DNA from: Octopus sinensis
Taxonomy: Eukaryota
Reading direction: 5' to 3'
Assembly (NCBI RefSeq): GCF_006345805.1
Contig: NC_043002.1
Location: 116,808,001-116,872,000, forward strand
Length of the DNA: 64,000 nt
Part shown: piece after piece, positions 11,347-25,140 of the stretch
How positions within the stretch are numbered: position 1 is the stretch's first letter
Layout: each line of letters begins with the position of its first letter
Position numbers and translations under genes: made by a program
Notes under the pieces: generated by a model
Seen by the model: only the letters and a program-made list of their open reading frames with translations
Database searches by the model: none
What the model was told of the DNA's origin: nothing

Positions 11347-12588
11347 TTGGTTCATCCCATAAATAATGCAGGTTTTTTGTACTTCTTTTACTTTTCAAAA
11401 TGAAGATCAACAAAGTTCTTTTTTAATCTAAAATATACCCTCCTTTATTATCAACAACGCTCTTCCATCTATCTGATTGACTTGCGATGAAAAATACTCC
11501 TCCAGTACTGTTCCAACCTCGTCTATAGAAATCATAGTTTTTTTTCCGTCCAAATGATTTTGATGACAGTCGAATAAATGATAATCAGCTGGAGCAATAT
11601 CCGGTGATATATGGTGGGTGGGGTGTCGTTTCCCATTCGAACTGCTCCGGCCTTTGGGTTGTCATCTCCGCTGTATATGGCCGAGCATTATCCAGATGGC
11701 AGAACACCTTTTGTCTTGAAACCAAAAATGGTTGTTTTTCTTCTAGCGCTGACTTAAGCCACTCAAGCTGCTTGCAGCTGATCTCCTTTGTTATTGTTTG
11801 GTCTTGGTTTGAAAGGTCAAAGTGGACTAAACCTTTAATATCCCACCAAACAGATAACAACTCCTTACGTGGGTGAAGATCTTCTTTAGCCTGAGATGCC
11901 GGTATTTCCCCCTTCCCTACCCACTCTTCGGCGTTTGATATTTTTATAGAAAACCCATTTCTCATCACCAGTTACTATTCAGTCCCAAAAAGGTTCATTC
12001 ATAAGACGTAACAGCAAAGAAGAGGAAACATTCTTTGCGCGAGATTAGAGTCGGAAAGTTTGTGAGGAACCCATTGACCCAATTTACTGACCTTTTTTAT
12101 GGCAATTAGATATCGATGAATGGTTGAATGACCAAATCCAAGTTTCTCTACTAGTTCCTCAACAGTTATGATGGAATTTTTGTTCCACTAGAGTTTGCAG
12201 GACGTTCTCGTCGAGCTCTACAGATCTTCCAGGACAAGGCTCGTCTTCTAGGCAGTAGTTCCCGGCTCGGAATTTCCGGAACCACCGTTAGCATTGACTT
12301 ACGCTTATTGTCCAGTCCCCTTTTACTGCATTACCATTCCTCACACTTTCCGTTGCGGTGTTGCCTCATAAAGCAAAATATACCGAATATGCTCCTTTGT
12401 CATTTCCATTATAGCTTTGAAAAACTGTTAAAATCAAACTGCACTCTTCAAAACTTGCACGAAGAATAAGCAAAAGGCATAATTAGTACCTGCTTTTATA
12501 GCAAATTGATGTAGAAAATTTATCCTGTCCCCCTCCGACCTTTAGCTCATGCAATTGAAAACACCGCATTATTTATGGGATGACCCAA
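11347..12588 (-). mobile_element. Full-length (1242 bp) decayed mariner transposon
   Basis: TIRs TTGG(T/G)TCATCCCATAAATAATGC with TA at 11345-6 and 12589-90; IVTGDEKW, LHPRKELLSVWWDIKG, HLDNARPY, HPPY motifs with stops and frameshifts. Confidence 0.92.
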
Positions 12589-12612
12589 TATGTATATATA
12601 TACATAAATATA

Positions 12613-12652
<40 letters not shown>

Positions 12653-13009
12653 TATATATATGAGAAAGTGCCCCTCTCAACGTTCATCTTTTCCACAAAA
12701 TTCTGTTAAACTTCTAACATGAGGTCCCGAGAATATTTTTTTGAAATAATTCTCTGTTATAACAAAAGCTAACTAAACCTAAAAACGTAAGAGCGACTTT
12801 ATAGCAGAATCCATTGCGAAACCCTGGTTTTTGGAAACGAAATTTTTAAATGCATATTTCATTTGACAAAATACCTACCCATAATTTTAACAATATGTGT
12901 GTGCGTGTGTGTGTACATGCATATGATTTATATCATATATTTCTATGTCATCTGACATTTGTTGGACGATGCGCACCTTCACTTCTCACTGGATCTCACG
13001 AGCATACAC

Positions 13010-13890
13010 GCACTCACATAAACACTTGCGCTTACATACACAGGTTTAAGTGGAAAGGAGAAATGTTTGGCTTAGACAGTGGAAGGGGTTGGTGGAATGT
13101 GACTGGGTTGGGTGGAATGCTGATAAAAATGTGGAGAAAAGGGGAGAGAGACAAAGCAGGGGGAAAGATATGTAATTCTAAATGAGGCAGTATAGAAAAT
13201 TGAGGGGGTGAATTTAAGCCAAAAGAAGAGTAAACTCTGAGAAATAAGTTAAACTCTTGTTCTCTTAGGAATTGAAAGGTGGAAAATCCGGTCTTGGAAG
13301 CCAAGTTAGAAAACTGGGAAATATTAGTGCGGAAATTTTGAGGGACGAGTAACCTTTTGCCAAGTCGGATTTCTCTGAGGTTTTTCGCGCAACTGTCAGC
13401 TAGCTTGCTCGGTGTGGATCGAAGTGAAGAAAAAAAAAATCCCTACAGCGCGTTTATGTGTTTGGTGGTGGTGCACGAGAAAGAGCGCTTAATATGGAAA
13501 GTTCAGAGTTAGATCCGGTGATGATGTTGATTACGGAAAAGGAAGGGTAGTTATAAACGCGGGATTGAGAACACAGAAGGCATCATGATGAGAACAGAAT
13601 GTGGGGAGGAGAGTACGCGGATAAGGAGGGTGTATACTTTCCAGGTGTTCTTAAAGCTGACAATGTGTGGGAAAGCGAAGAAACGAGGTGTAGGGGCGTC
13701 AAGCCTCAGACATAGCAGAAAAGGTGCGGAGACAAGTGAAGAGAAAGGGTATATGGTGAGTTGGTTATCATACGATGACTGTAAGGGTTGAGGTCCTCTT
13801 ATAGGCACGAGTACAGAAGTTCGATTCTCATCTAGACTTGCAACCGTATACTTGATTGCCACCGAGTCTACAGTGGATATATTTTACGCA
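13010..13890 (-). mobile_element. Penelope-like element fragment (C-terminal GIY-YIG endonuclease remnant)
   Basis: Minus strand ...LREIRLGK...REQEFNLFLRVYSSFGLNSPPQF resembles the PLE endonuclease C-terminus; C/T-rich coding strand. Confidence 0.55.
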
Positions 13891-13916
13891 CACACATATA
13901 TATATACACATATATA

Positions 13917-13983
<67 letters not shown>

Positions 13984-14054
13984 TATATAAATATGTGTGT
14001 GTGTATATATATATATGTATATGTATACAAACACGCACACACATATATATATGC

Positions 14055-14100
<46 letters not shown>

Positions 14101-14154
14101 CATATATATATATACATATATATATATACACACACATATTTATATATATATATA

Positions 14155-14201
<47 letters not shown>

Positions 14202-14225
14202 TATATATGTGTATATATATATATG
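13890..14225. repeat. (TC)n/(TA)n/(AG)n compound microsatellite
   Basis: Direct reading. Confidence 0.95.
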
Positions 14226-14231
14226 TGTGAG

Positions 14232-14617
14232 CGTGGAGGCGCAATGGTCCAGTGGTTAGGGCAGCGGACTCGCGGTTATAGGATCGCGGTTTCAATTCCC
14301 AGACCGGGCGTTGTGAGTGTTTATTGTGCGAAAACACCTAAAGCTCCACGAGGCTCCGGCAGGGGATGGTGGTGATCCCTGCTGTACTCTTTCACCACAA
14401 CTTTCTCTCACTCTTACTTCCTGTTTCTGTTGTACCTGTATTTCAAAGGGCCAGCCTTGTCACTCTCTGTGTCACGCTGAATATCCCCGAGAACTACGTT
14501 AAGGGTACACGTGTCTGTGGAGTGCTTAGCCACTTACACGTTAATTTCACGAGCAGGCTGTTCCGTTGATCGGATCAACCGGAACCCTCGTCGTCGTAAC
14601 CGACGGAGTGCTTCCAC
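14232..14617 (+). mobile_element. tRNA-derived SINE, family C (second copy)
   Basis: GGCGCAATGGTCCAGTGGTTAGGGCAGCGGACTCGCGG...GGTTTCAATTCCC head; colinear with the 5936 copy. Confidence 0.92.
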
Positions 14618-16647
14618 TTCCACTATATGTGTGTATGTATGTGTGAGTGTGTGTGTGTGTAAACGTTTCTCATATTCTTAAATAATTCTGTCTGATGGCA
14701 AGATCCACGTGAATCTTGCCATCTTATTTGATTCACCCATTATTTCCCTCTTACACTAACACACCGTCTCATCTTCTCACACGCTCTATCATACCAACCA
14801 TCTAACCATTACATACACATTGCTCCGCATTTATTCTCACTTCTTGACATGGATACACTCTTATACTTGCATCTACACTGCATCCCCTTTTCCTTTCTTA
14901 AATACGTTCCACAGAACGATATTTCCACCTGGTCTCTAAACCTTCTCTCTCTTTTTTTTAATTTGTTTTTTGAAACTGTCACTAACCAGTTCTCTTTCTC
15001 ACTTTCCGTATGCTTCACCATTTCTTCTGATGAATGACCAACATCCAAAACATGAAAATATTTTTTCTTCCCATTAAAACTTTAAGCCCGTACCTTATTT
15101 GTTAAATTTTGTCCTTTTTTGTCGTCCCTCTTTTATTGTGTTTTGTAGTCACACCGCGCACACATACACACACACATACATACACACTCACTCACTCACA
15201 CACACACGCACACACACACACACACACACACGCGCGCACACATAGAAACAAACACACACACACACACAGTCACTCGCACTGGTGACCAGACGAAGGTAAC
15301 AAACACTCCACAATTGTGATGGGGTTTAGATATGTGTTTTGAAATTTCCACTCAGTTTCATAAATAAATGTTTGACTGGTGTATGAAGCTGGTCACTCAG
15401 ACGCTTTAATGCAAAGAACATACTCGCACACCGCACACATACTCATGCAAATACATTCCCAGGCGCATGCACAAGAGCACGCACCTACGCATATATCATG
15501 TGTATGTGTGTGCCTGTGTGTGTGTGTGTAACTATGTGTAGGTATTCAGTTTGAAATTCTATTGCTCATATTGGTAATATAAGTGTATTCTATTTTCCTC
15601 CTGTTAGATAAGAACATATATTAGAAACCCATTTTGAATTTATGATATAGTGTATAAAAATTGAATTCTATAAATAGGTAGATATATATTCAGTAGTTAT
15701 CAGCTGCGGATGGAGTGAAAAGAATAGTGAAGCCAGTCTACATCTCTTTCGATTTTAAAGAAATCTATTTTATTTTCCATTCAGGCAATCGATCTCAACA
15801 GATATATTTTTGTAAAAATGAAATGTTTTGCTAAAGTTATATATTTGCATTATCCTTTGCAGACAAAGCTTTTCAGAAGAAATTTTCTTCATTCTGAGTT
15901 GCAGTAGTACTAGTAGCAGCAATAGCACCAGTAGCAGCAATAGTGGTGTTGATAGCTGCAACTGAAGCAACCATGTTGGTACTAGTAGTGAAAGCACCAC
16001 CACTATCACACTACAGGAGTTTCAAATATCATTGCAACATTTATCCAATGTTAGAATAGTACTGATCAAGCTATAATAGGAATTTACCAACGCCGTTGTA
16101 CGTTGTCATTCGTTCATAAAATATATGAAGCTTCTTTAGGTAGACATTCTTGTAAAAATAAAATCAATAGGGAAACTAAATACGTAAATGAATTCTCTAC
16201 AGACACCGTTATAGGCATATTATGTTTTTGGGTGAGAATGCACTAAAAATAATGCATCTACGTGGTTCCTAAGAATATTGCAAATACAAAAGAACGAAAT
16301 TATGTCAACTCAGAGTTGAAAATATTTATATTACGACACAAGTCTCTATTACAACACTTACTTAATTTTAACATTGGTTTCTTCTAGAAGTGTAGCTGTC
16401 TGAATGCCATGCCGTTCTGAGTTCAAATTCGACTTGTATCTCAATGACAGATAAACAGTGTACCATTAATATATTATAAGTCGATCCACTTAAACATTCT
16501 GCTCTTATCTCTATGTAAGAACTTAATATTTGTTATATCCACATATCATAAAGAGTCAGACACGTGACCAATAGTATTTTCGAAAAATGACTGAAGCCGC
16601 TCCCGAGTTCCATATATATATATATATTATATATATATATATATATA

Positions 16648-16681
<34 letters not shown>

Positions 16682-16808
16682 CCAGAAGTAAAATTCTGAA
16701 ATGGTTAAGAGGGATATATATCTTGACAAAGAAAGATTAAAATAAAATGTGAAATAAAATCTGCATGTCCAAATCTCTGCTTGCCTGATTTTCATTTTAT
16801 TATTTATA

Positions 16809-17073
16809 GGTGCCGGCGTGGCTGTGTGGCGGGCCGAGCAAAGCCTTCTGAGTGGATTTGTATATATATATATATGCATATATTTGTGTGTGTGTCTGTG
16901 TTTGCCCCCAACCATCATCACTTGAAAAGCGATGCTGGTGTGCTTAGGCAAAAGAAACCGATAGAATAAGTACTCGGCTTACAAAGAATAAGTCCTGGGG
17001 GCGATTTGTTTGAGTAAAATCCTTTAAGGCATTGCTCCAGCATGGCCGCAGTCAAATAACTGATGCAACTAAA
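16809..17073 (+). mobile_element. SINE family A, internally deleted
   Basis: Head TGGCTGTGTGG fused to CGGGCCGA; tail GATAGAATAAGTACT...GCTCCAGCATGGCCGCAGTC. Confidence 0.85.
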
Positions 17074-17527
17074 ATATATATATATGCTGTATGCACTCAT
17101 ACACACATACGCATATATATGTAATGTCTCGGTTAGTTTATTCTCTCTTCATTGTCTAGTTTCTCAGACTCTAGGTTTGGCGGTAGCCACACGGAAAGCC
17201 ATAAACTAAATTCAGGTTGGAGTGCGGCATCTTCTCTGCCGATGCACTTAAATCTGGTGATGTGTAAGCCATAACTCTGCTAACGCTTAATGACGTTATT
17301 TATCTTCTACTATTTTCATTTTATGTTTTGCTTTCTTAATCAAGAATGATAATACTTTTAGAATGGCTTTGTAGAGGCATTGTGTAGTGTTTTTGAGGGT
17401 AATGGATGCTCGTACATGATTGAAGACGTTTGTAGTAAAATCTGTATAATTCGGCATTTGTTTCACTAAAGGACTGTGTCCATCGTAAGTAGGAGTGATA
17501 TGGTTAGTCTTGGAATCGAGTTCTTAT

Positions 17528-18235
17528 CACCATCATCATCATAATTCGTCCAACCTGTGGTTGGTCGGAACTCCATCGACAATCCCTTTCCACACTATGA
17601 GGTCCTGCATTGCTGTGTTTAGATCTCTAATATCCAGCCCGGAGTCCCGAGATACAGTATCTGGAAATGTCAATTTCCTGAAGAAAACACTTCCAGAGGG
17701 ATACCATAGAAGCAGGGATGAGATAACCTCTTTTTCTGCTCGATGACAGTGGCCAGCAAATTGTAGCCGTTTCTACTTTAGCATGAGGAATATTGGTATC
17801 AGATTTCCGTACATGTTACTAAGTGTTGGGTGTGATCTCTAACAGATGTTCTGTATCTTTCTGAGCAGGTTGGTATATATTCCATCTAGTTATTTTTCTA
17901 AGAGAGCCGATAAGGTCCAGGTCCCCGATCCATAGACAAGGACGGCCTCAATTAATGTTCTAAATATTTTAACTTTTCACGTGGGTGGCAGGTTTAAGTG
18001 CTAGATCTTATCAAGTCTATTACATGCATCCCTAGCAAGAGCCTTGCGGATGCGAAAGTCTCTTTGGGAGTCTCCTATGTGTGATCCAAGTTATTTGAAT
18101 TCTTCAACGTTTTTGATTGATTTATCATTGAGCGATTTAAGTTCAGTTAACTTGGAGGAAGTCATGAAAAACTCTGTCTTACTCTCGTTACAGTAAAATC
18201 CTACATGGCTTGTTGCTCTCTCTTGTGCTTGTACG
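17528..18235 (-). mobile_element. RTE-clade LINE, 3' segment with (TGA)n tail
   Basis: Minus strand VGFYCNESKTE...EEFK*LGS...KVKIFRTLIEAVLVYGSGTWTLS...RLQFAGHCHRA, then tgatgatgatggtg tail. Confidence 0.9.
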
Positions 18236-20574
18236 GGGTATGTGGAGGTACACTCCACATAGCATTACGTCCATGCCCTGTATAGCTGGAATGGGTAGAC
18301 AGGACTCCCTCAGCCTAGGTGAAGGTAACCTGCCTAGGTGAAGGAAATCTCTTATAAGAAAAACAATCCGCTGAATTGAAATACCAAGTTGGTGTCTGCG
18401 CGGGATAAATTTACCTCATGGCTAGAGAGAAGTTTTAACCCTTGGACAGCAGTCTCCGTTGAGATGGTGTCTAGTATGTAAAAGTATCAGGATGTAGGAC
18501 TGGCGATCCACTTCTGTATGAGCTACCGAAAGAATAACCCTGACGTCCACTTGCAGCACCAGGGTTCGAGCCCCTGCTTGTTCAGATCCAAAGTCTCCCC
18601 TTGTTTCCCATGAAACGTATGACCAGCTACCTCTAAACTCCTTAGAGCAGGGTAGCTGTGAAGAGGTAGATGTAGAATGCAGAAACAACAAACAAGTTTA
18701 TGAAGTGCAAAAGACCTGTTGCCTACAGCACTTTTTAACTCACAAACTTTATCAAAGACAAGCAGAAAACAAGAACTCCTGCATTGTGTAAAGAACAAAG
18801 TCGATATCTTGAGCATCCAAGAACACAGGCATCACCAATCTGATACAAAACTTGATAGATACCAACTTATTATGACCTCTGCTATTAAAAACTTCCAGGG
18901 CCCCACTATAGGCGGTGTTGGTACTTTCTTGTGTCTAAGGGCCTCAGGGAACTTGCTCTGTGTTGAGAAAATATCTGACCGCATAATTGTTGCATTCATT
19001 GTATGTTACTGCCCAACTAACACATATGATGAGACACTTGCAAACGACTTCTACTCCGATCTGAAGAGTGTAACAGAAAGTGTCTCTTCCCACATATTTT
19101 TTGTTATTGCAGGTGATTTTAATGGCCAATGAGGGAGGGATGATGCTCTTTTCACCTATAACAAGGAGACTAATTGGAACAGGATAAAACTGATTGATTT
19201 TGCTCACGAGTTCCAACTTCAGATTGCAAACACAAGGTCCATGAAACACCCAAGGCGTTTGTGGACATTCCAGCATCCATCTGGATCGTATTCACAAATC
19301 GACTACATACTTGTAAGAAACAAGTGGAAGGACAGTGTCCGAAATGCACAGACATACTCCTCCTTCGCATCTATTGGCTCAGATCATAGAGTTGCTTCCA
19401 TAAACACTGTTCTTACCCTTAGATCATCAAAGCCACCAGTCCCAAACCTTATGAAACAGGTGTACAGGTCCAAGGTATCATCAGATAAAACCTCAGAGCA
19501 CTCATTTGCAGTAGATGCTAAAAACCGTTTTGAAATACTCTCAGAACACACTGACAACATTGAAACACAATATTAGAAACTCGTAAGTTACAGAAGAAAT
19601 TGCCCTTTCAAAACTACCTGAAAAAAAAAGAATAAAGCACAGATCAATTCCTTCATATATCTGTGTGAGAGAAGCAAGGAAGCATCTAGAAAGATCGAAA
19701 CATGAACAGAGGACTACTAAAAATAACTTCAAAGGTGCTTCCAAAGCTCAAGGAACACTAGACGAGGCATATGCCAATGTAGAAACGGGTTATATTCTAG
19801 CTGAGATTAACAAAATTGCATGCTGCAGAATGGATATTAGTAGACACACTAACTGGAAGAAAAATTTAAGCCCTCCATCAGGCTTAAAAAGTTATTCCTC
19901 TGGAAACCGCAAGATCAACTGGTTTGACACCTTTCAGAAACTTCTTGGAGAACCACCACAAACAAAGAATCTTCCACTTCCTCTACACCAAATATCTAAT
20001 GTATTCGACATCAACACCAACCTTTTCACAATGGATGAGCTCAAAGTAGCTCTCAGTTCTCAGTAGTTTGGCTAGCAATAAATCCCCAGGACTCGATAAC
20101 ATACCAACATTACTGTGAAAGATCCAGTATTTCATGAAACATTACTAGATTTCTGCAACGATACATGCACATCATTTGCCTCCATCAGCTTAGTTGAAGG
20201 GTGCAATTATCTCTGTCCCTAAAACAGGTGATCTAACAAGTGCAACAAATTATAGAGGCATTACTCTGATCCCAATTGCATCAAAAGTTTCTAACAAACT
20301 TCTGTTTAATAGGATTGTGTCTATACTCGATCCACTTCTTCGTAGGAATCAGAATGGATTTAGAAGGGGACGATCAACAACTACTCGAATCCTTTCCATC
20401 CGTCGCATACTGGAAGAAATGAAAAAGTTTAACAAGAGCATCACAATCTGTTTTGTCGACTTTCGCAAAGCATTTGATTCGATCAGCAAAGATCTTATGT
20501 TTAAAATCCTTGTACTCTATGGTATTCCTTCAAGGTTTGTTAATGCTATCAGAGCGCTGTACACAAACACCACT
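18236..20574 (+). mobile_element. Same RTE LINE, inverted 5' segment (5'UTR, APE endonuclease, first half of RT)
   Basis: DILSIQEHR, VIAGDFNG, SQIDYILVRNKW, GSDHR, NYRGITL, QNGFRRGRST, FVDFRKAFDS; ends at YTNTT directly against the TSD GAGTTCTTAT. Confidence 0.92.
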
Positions 20575-21258
20575 GAGTTCTTATTATGATGACGCAGTGG
20601 TACAGGCATTGCATTACTGTTACTAACTGTATTCAATAACAATGTTGCATCAGTTGCAATACTCTCAACGAAATAATTAGCAGAAATCAGTACTACCCCC
20701 TTTCAAAGTTGAAACCATTTACATTAATTACATATACGCATACCATAAAGCACAGTAGCGTTGAGAAAAACAAAAGAAATATGAAAGCACTAAATATATC
20801 ATAAACGATCATGGATTATCATCGCAAAATAACCAAGTATTTCTCAGTTTGACAAGCAGAAGAGCCACTTCTATCTCTAAGATTTTCAGGGAGAGTGATA
20901 ATTGCTATTGTCATTGTCTTTCATCTAAACACTACTGGATATATATGTGTCATAAGTGTAATAACAACAGCAATTTACTGCTGGTTGATGCTTCCTCTTC
21001 GCATGGAATACTTCTGATTAAATTAGGTGAGAGTTGACCAGCTTCCATTTGAAAATATGTAACCGATGGAAATCCGCTGATAAATGGTTTCAGAAATACA
21101 CAAGGATACAGTAACGTTAATTTTTGAATAAGAATACTGTTATTTTTCAGTATGCAGAGTTAGACAAGTAGGAGAAAACAAATTCGATATTGTTATAAAT
21201 AGAAAATATATTCAGGACCTCCATATTTATTAATGTAGCTAACATATAAACTCGAAAA

Positions 21259-21470
21259 GGCGGCGAGCTGGTAGAGTCGTTAGCACACCATGCAAGATGC
21301 TTAACGACATTTCGTCCACCTTTCCGTTCTGGGTTCAACTTACGCCGAAGTCGGCTTTGCTTTTTATCCTTTCGGGTTCTATTAAATGAGGTAACTGTTG
21401 AGCACTGGGGTAGATGTAATTGACCTGCCCCCCCCCCCAATTGTTGACTTTGAGCTAAAATTTGAAACCA
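21259..21470 (+). mobile_element. tRNA-derived SINE, family B
   Basis: GGCGGCGAGCTGGTAGAGTCGTTAGCA head; same family as copies at 55.9-56.6, 61.6-61.9 and 63.7 kb. Confidence 0.85.
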
Positions 21471-23242
21471 AAGACAGATTTAGGATTCTCTGATAAAGAA
21501 AGCGTTTGTTTAGTTCGTTTCTTCACCAAAGCTCCAATCCTCGATCAATACAAAACTGTAGGCAACAAGGTAACCCACATTAGTGGGTAAAGTAGAGAAA
21601 CAATAATAGAAATTATTTAAGAAATAAACATAAATATAAATACCTAGAGATACTACTAAAGAAAGGTCTAACAATTACTGTTTTTGACTAAACGCTTCAA
21701 ATTACAAAACACAATAAATAATGTGGATGTGAAGATATAGTTGCTCATATTTCTCCTAGATTTCAGTCTTAATCGAAAAGAATGTATAAGCCCTTGGTAC
21801 TGTTTCAATTTTTATACATTGGAAAATATACTAGTATTAAAGAATACTGAAAGAAAGTGGATGGTACAAATTCACACCATAAATGTCTCAGTAAAAAAAG
21901 GGAACATACCTTGAAGTATACTCGTTTAACACATGAACAGAAATGAGACAAAATGCGCAGACTGTATTGTCAAAAGAAACAAAAAAACATATTTTTTATA
22001 CATATACATATGCAGTCCTATGGACCGAAGTAGACAATTACTATTGCGTCAGACGTTTATGGCTGATGTGACAGACAATTACCTATGTATTACTTGATGA
22101 GATATTCTCCATAATGGAAGTAGATAGCAAAATATCTATATTATAATTATACAGTCATTCAGAAAGAGTCGAAAATATGAGAAAAGGCTAGCAAGAGACG
22201 ATCGATTGAATATCTAATTGTTTCGAATTCGGGTATAAAGTTAAGTTCTTTTGTTTTTTAAGGGAGAGATTCAGTAGATATAATTTTATCGACTCCAAAT
22301 GGATGGAAAACAAATTTGAGCTCGGCGGGAAGAGCCAGAAAAGCACAAGTTATTTTTTTCCGACAATGTGACGATTTTGACAGCATGCTACCTTTAAATA
22401 TGGTTTCTGATTTGGGTACAAAGCCAGTGATTTTGACGGGTAGACTTAATCAATACTGTCCACTCTAGTACATGACCAGCATTTTATTTTATCGAACCTG
22501 GATGTAGGAAAAGCAATGATGATTTGAACACAGAATGTAAAGAAGAGGAAGAAATGCTACAAGGCAAGACAATTTGTCCAAAGATTCAATGATTCAAACA
22601 ACCCGCTACCGTGAATATCTAAAGCTAATGAAAGGGGGAAATAATAAACATAATGAAAATACAAATCATTATTACAGATTAACACAAACCTTACTTTGTG
22701 ATTTTGAAGCACTGGTTTATTTGATATCCAAATTTAACGCATTAGCAAACATGGCAACACAGCGAGAAGAGAAAACAACAAAAAACACGGATTAAGAGTA
22801 AACGATCAGTAGAATTGCGATGTGAAATATGTGAAAGAAAAGCAATTGAACTTCTGTCGTTGTCCTTCGATAAAATTAAAAGAAACGAGAAGAGAAAGAT
22901 AAAAAAAGGAAGAAAAAACTTGAAGCTGTATTCAGAGATTAAGTCGGCTGAAATAGCAGGCCGGAAGTCGAGAGAGTCCATCCTACTATATTCACATCCT
23001 GTTTGCCTTCTGGTATATTACATCTACGAATCCCATGTTATTTTATTCTTAATTTACTTTTCTTTCCTTCAGTCTATCAGGACTAAAAATAATTCCACCT
23101 CTTTTCTTTTACAACATAATTACACGGAATTTTGTACTCTAGTTTTTTCTGGTTGCTTGTTATTTTGGCCCCGGTACATATTTACAACATGCACACAGAC
23201 ACGAACAAACACGCACAAACACAAAATACGCACACATGCACG

Positions 23243-23289
<47 letters not shown>

Positions 23290-23479
23290 TATGCACTGAC
23301 GCAGACGTACTTCAGATTACCGATAATAAATATCGGTTATGTGAAATTATCATATATGAGGAACAATCTTCCCTTGAATTACGAACACGTAATCCAGAGG
23401 AAGATTGCATTCGACCTAGTCGATCTAAGTGAAGACTATATACCATAGATCAGATCGATGAACATGGAGTAAAACCATG

Positions 23480-24922
23480 AAATACAACACAGCAATTATT
23501 CCAGGTGTGTTAGTGTTACAAATATTTGGGTACGCTGCAGGCAATGAGTTAAAATAAAAGATACAAACAAACAAGATCTGTGAAAAGATCAAAGAAACAA
23601 AACTAAATGGAAGGAACATGGTCAAAGGAATTCGCTTGGCTATAACAATATTCAGCAATGCGAAACCTTCCTTCAGTGAACGAAAAATGAACTTAGTGAA
23701 TTTGAGAGATGCATCAGATAGCAACATCCAAAATGAGATACTGGCATGAAATAAAGAATGCGCATACTATGAAAATAGGAAAACAAGAGAATTGCTGAGA
23801 ACAACATATACAGTAGACTTCACAATTACTGAACATGTGAGAACACTTAGAATGGGAAACTGAAGAGTAGTCAGTGCTGAAATATAGAGGGTTTAAATAT
23901 CATTGATGAAGTATAACCAGATGTAGTAATTTTCAGCTCAACGGTTAAATAATCGAAATTGATCATCACGATTTTACGACAAAATAGATAACAACACATT
24001 GGAAGGCGTTTAAGAAATTTTAATACATATTAAATGTAAACGGAAAGGATAGCTTTAGAGAAAAAGACAGTGTAAAAACTGTTCAGATGACACTACAGAT
24101 ATAGTCAGATATTAGAGACAACGATACGAAAATGATGATAGGAGAGGAAGAAAAGCAATATAAGATCCTAGGTACAAGAATCAATGCTATAGGAACAAAA
24201 GAAATATAAACTTCCTTAAATTTGGGCAGAAAATTCGGAAAGTTCCGGATCATGTGCACCTCATGTGATTATTGAGCAAAACATGAATAGACGGAGATAT
24301 ATACGGAACTGATAATAAACTGCTGACAAATGGTATAAACACCATCCTGAAGCTGTGACTGAGGGAGAAAATGTGTCGATTCTATGAGACTTCCCCGTAC
24401 ATACCGACAAAACTATAAAAGTTAATAAACCGGATATTATTATAAAATATCAGGCAAAAAAGATGTGCTTATTAATTGACATGAGTATTCCTTGCGGTCA
24501 CAAAATAGCGGCGAAAGAATTTCACAAGTAAATATAAAGACTTGCTAATAGAAATTGAAAAAAATGTGACATCTCAAGGCGACTACAGTACCAGTGATTG
24601 TAGGATCTCTAGGAATGATTAAAAAAAAAGTACTGAAACCTATTTAAAAATGATACCAGGCTTAACATCCCTACATAATGTGCAAAAAATCGTGTTAACT
24701 GGAACGGCTCATGTACTGAGAAGAGCATTATCGCTGTGAAAACAACATCCAGTCATGACTTTATTTATTCATTAATTTTTTAAATACATATTTTACCTGT
24801 GAATGTGCGTGTGTAATCTGGGAAAACATACAATGAGCGTCTCTGCCCTAGGTGTACGGAAAACACTCGGCGAGAAACGGAAGAAAATTTGAAGAAAGGA
24901 GGAAAAAAAGTAATAATAATAA
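23480..24922 (+). mobile_element. R4/Dong-clade non-LTR retrotransposon, 3' portion with restriction-like endonuclease
   Basis: DKWYKHHPEAVTEGENVSIL*DF..HTDKTIKVNKPDII..LIDMSIP..KYKDL..VPVIVGSLG..TGTAHVLRRAL*; ends in (TAA)n. Confidence 0.85.
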
Positions 24923-24924
24923 AT

Positions 24925-25140
24925 GCCATGATGCAATACCAGGCAGTGGCTCTCATGGCATTTGATCATAACTGATTGGAAGTGTTAACATGTATATTGT
25001 TTTGACTTGGTATAAAAGATGGGCTGCAACAAATATTCTATTCAATACTGATCTGCTTGTCAATTGTTTGACCTTAACTAGTTGAACATGTCCGTTAGTG
25101 GCTGAGGTTATGTGCATCTCTTCACTATAGCTACCAGACA
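24925..25140. repeat. Unclassified interspersed repeat
   Basis: Resembles a short interspersed octopus repeat from memory (…GAGAGCCACTGCCTGGTATTGCATCA on minus); single copy here. Confidence 0.35.

Noticed and set aside
15770-16009. Leu-rich or Ser-rich ORFs
   Set aside because: Degenerate (AGT/AGC)n trinucleotide repeat.
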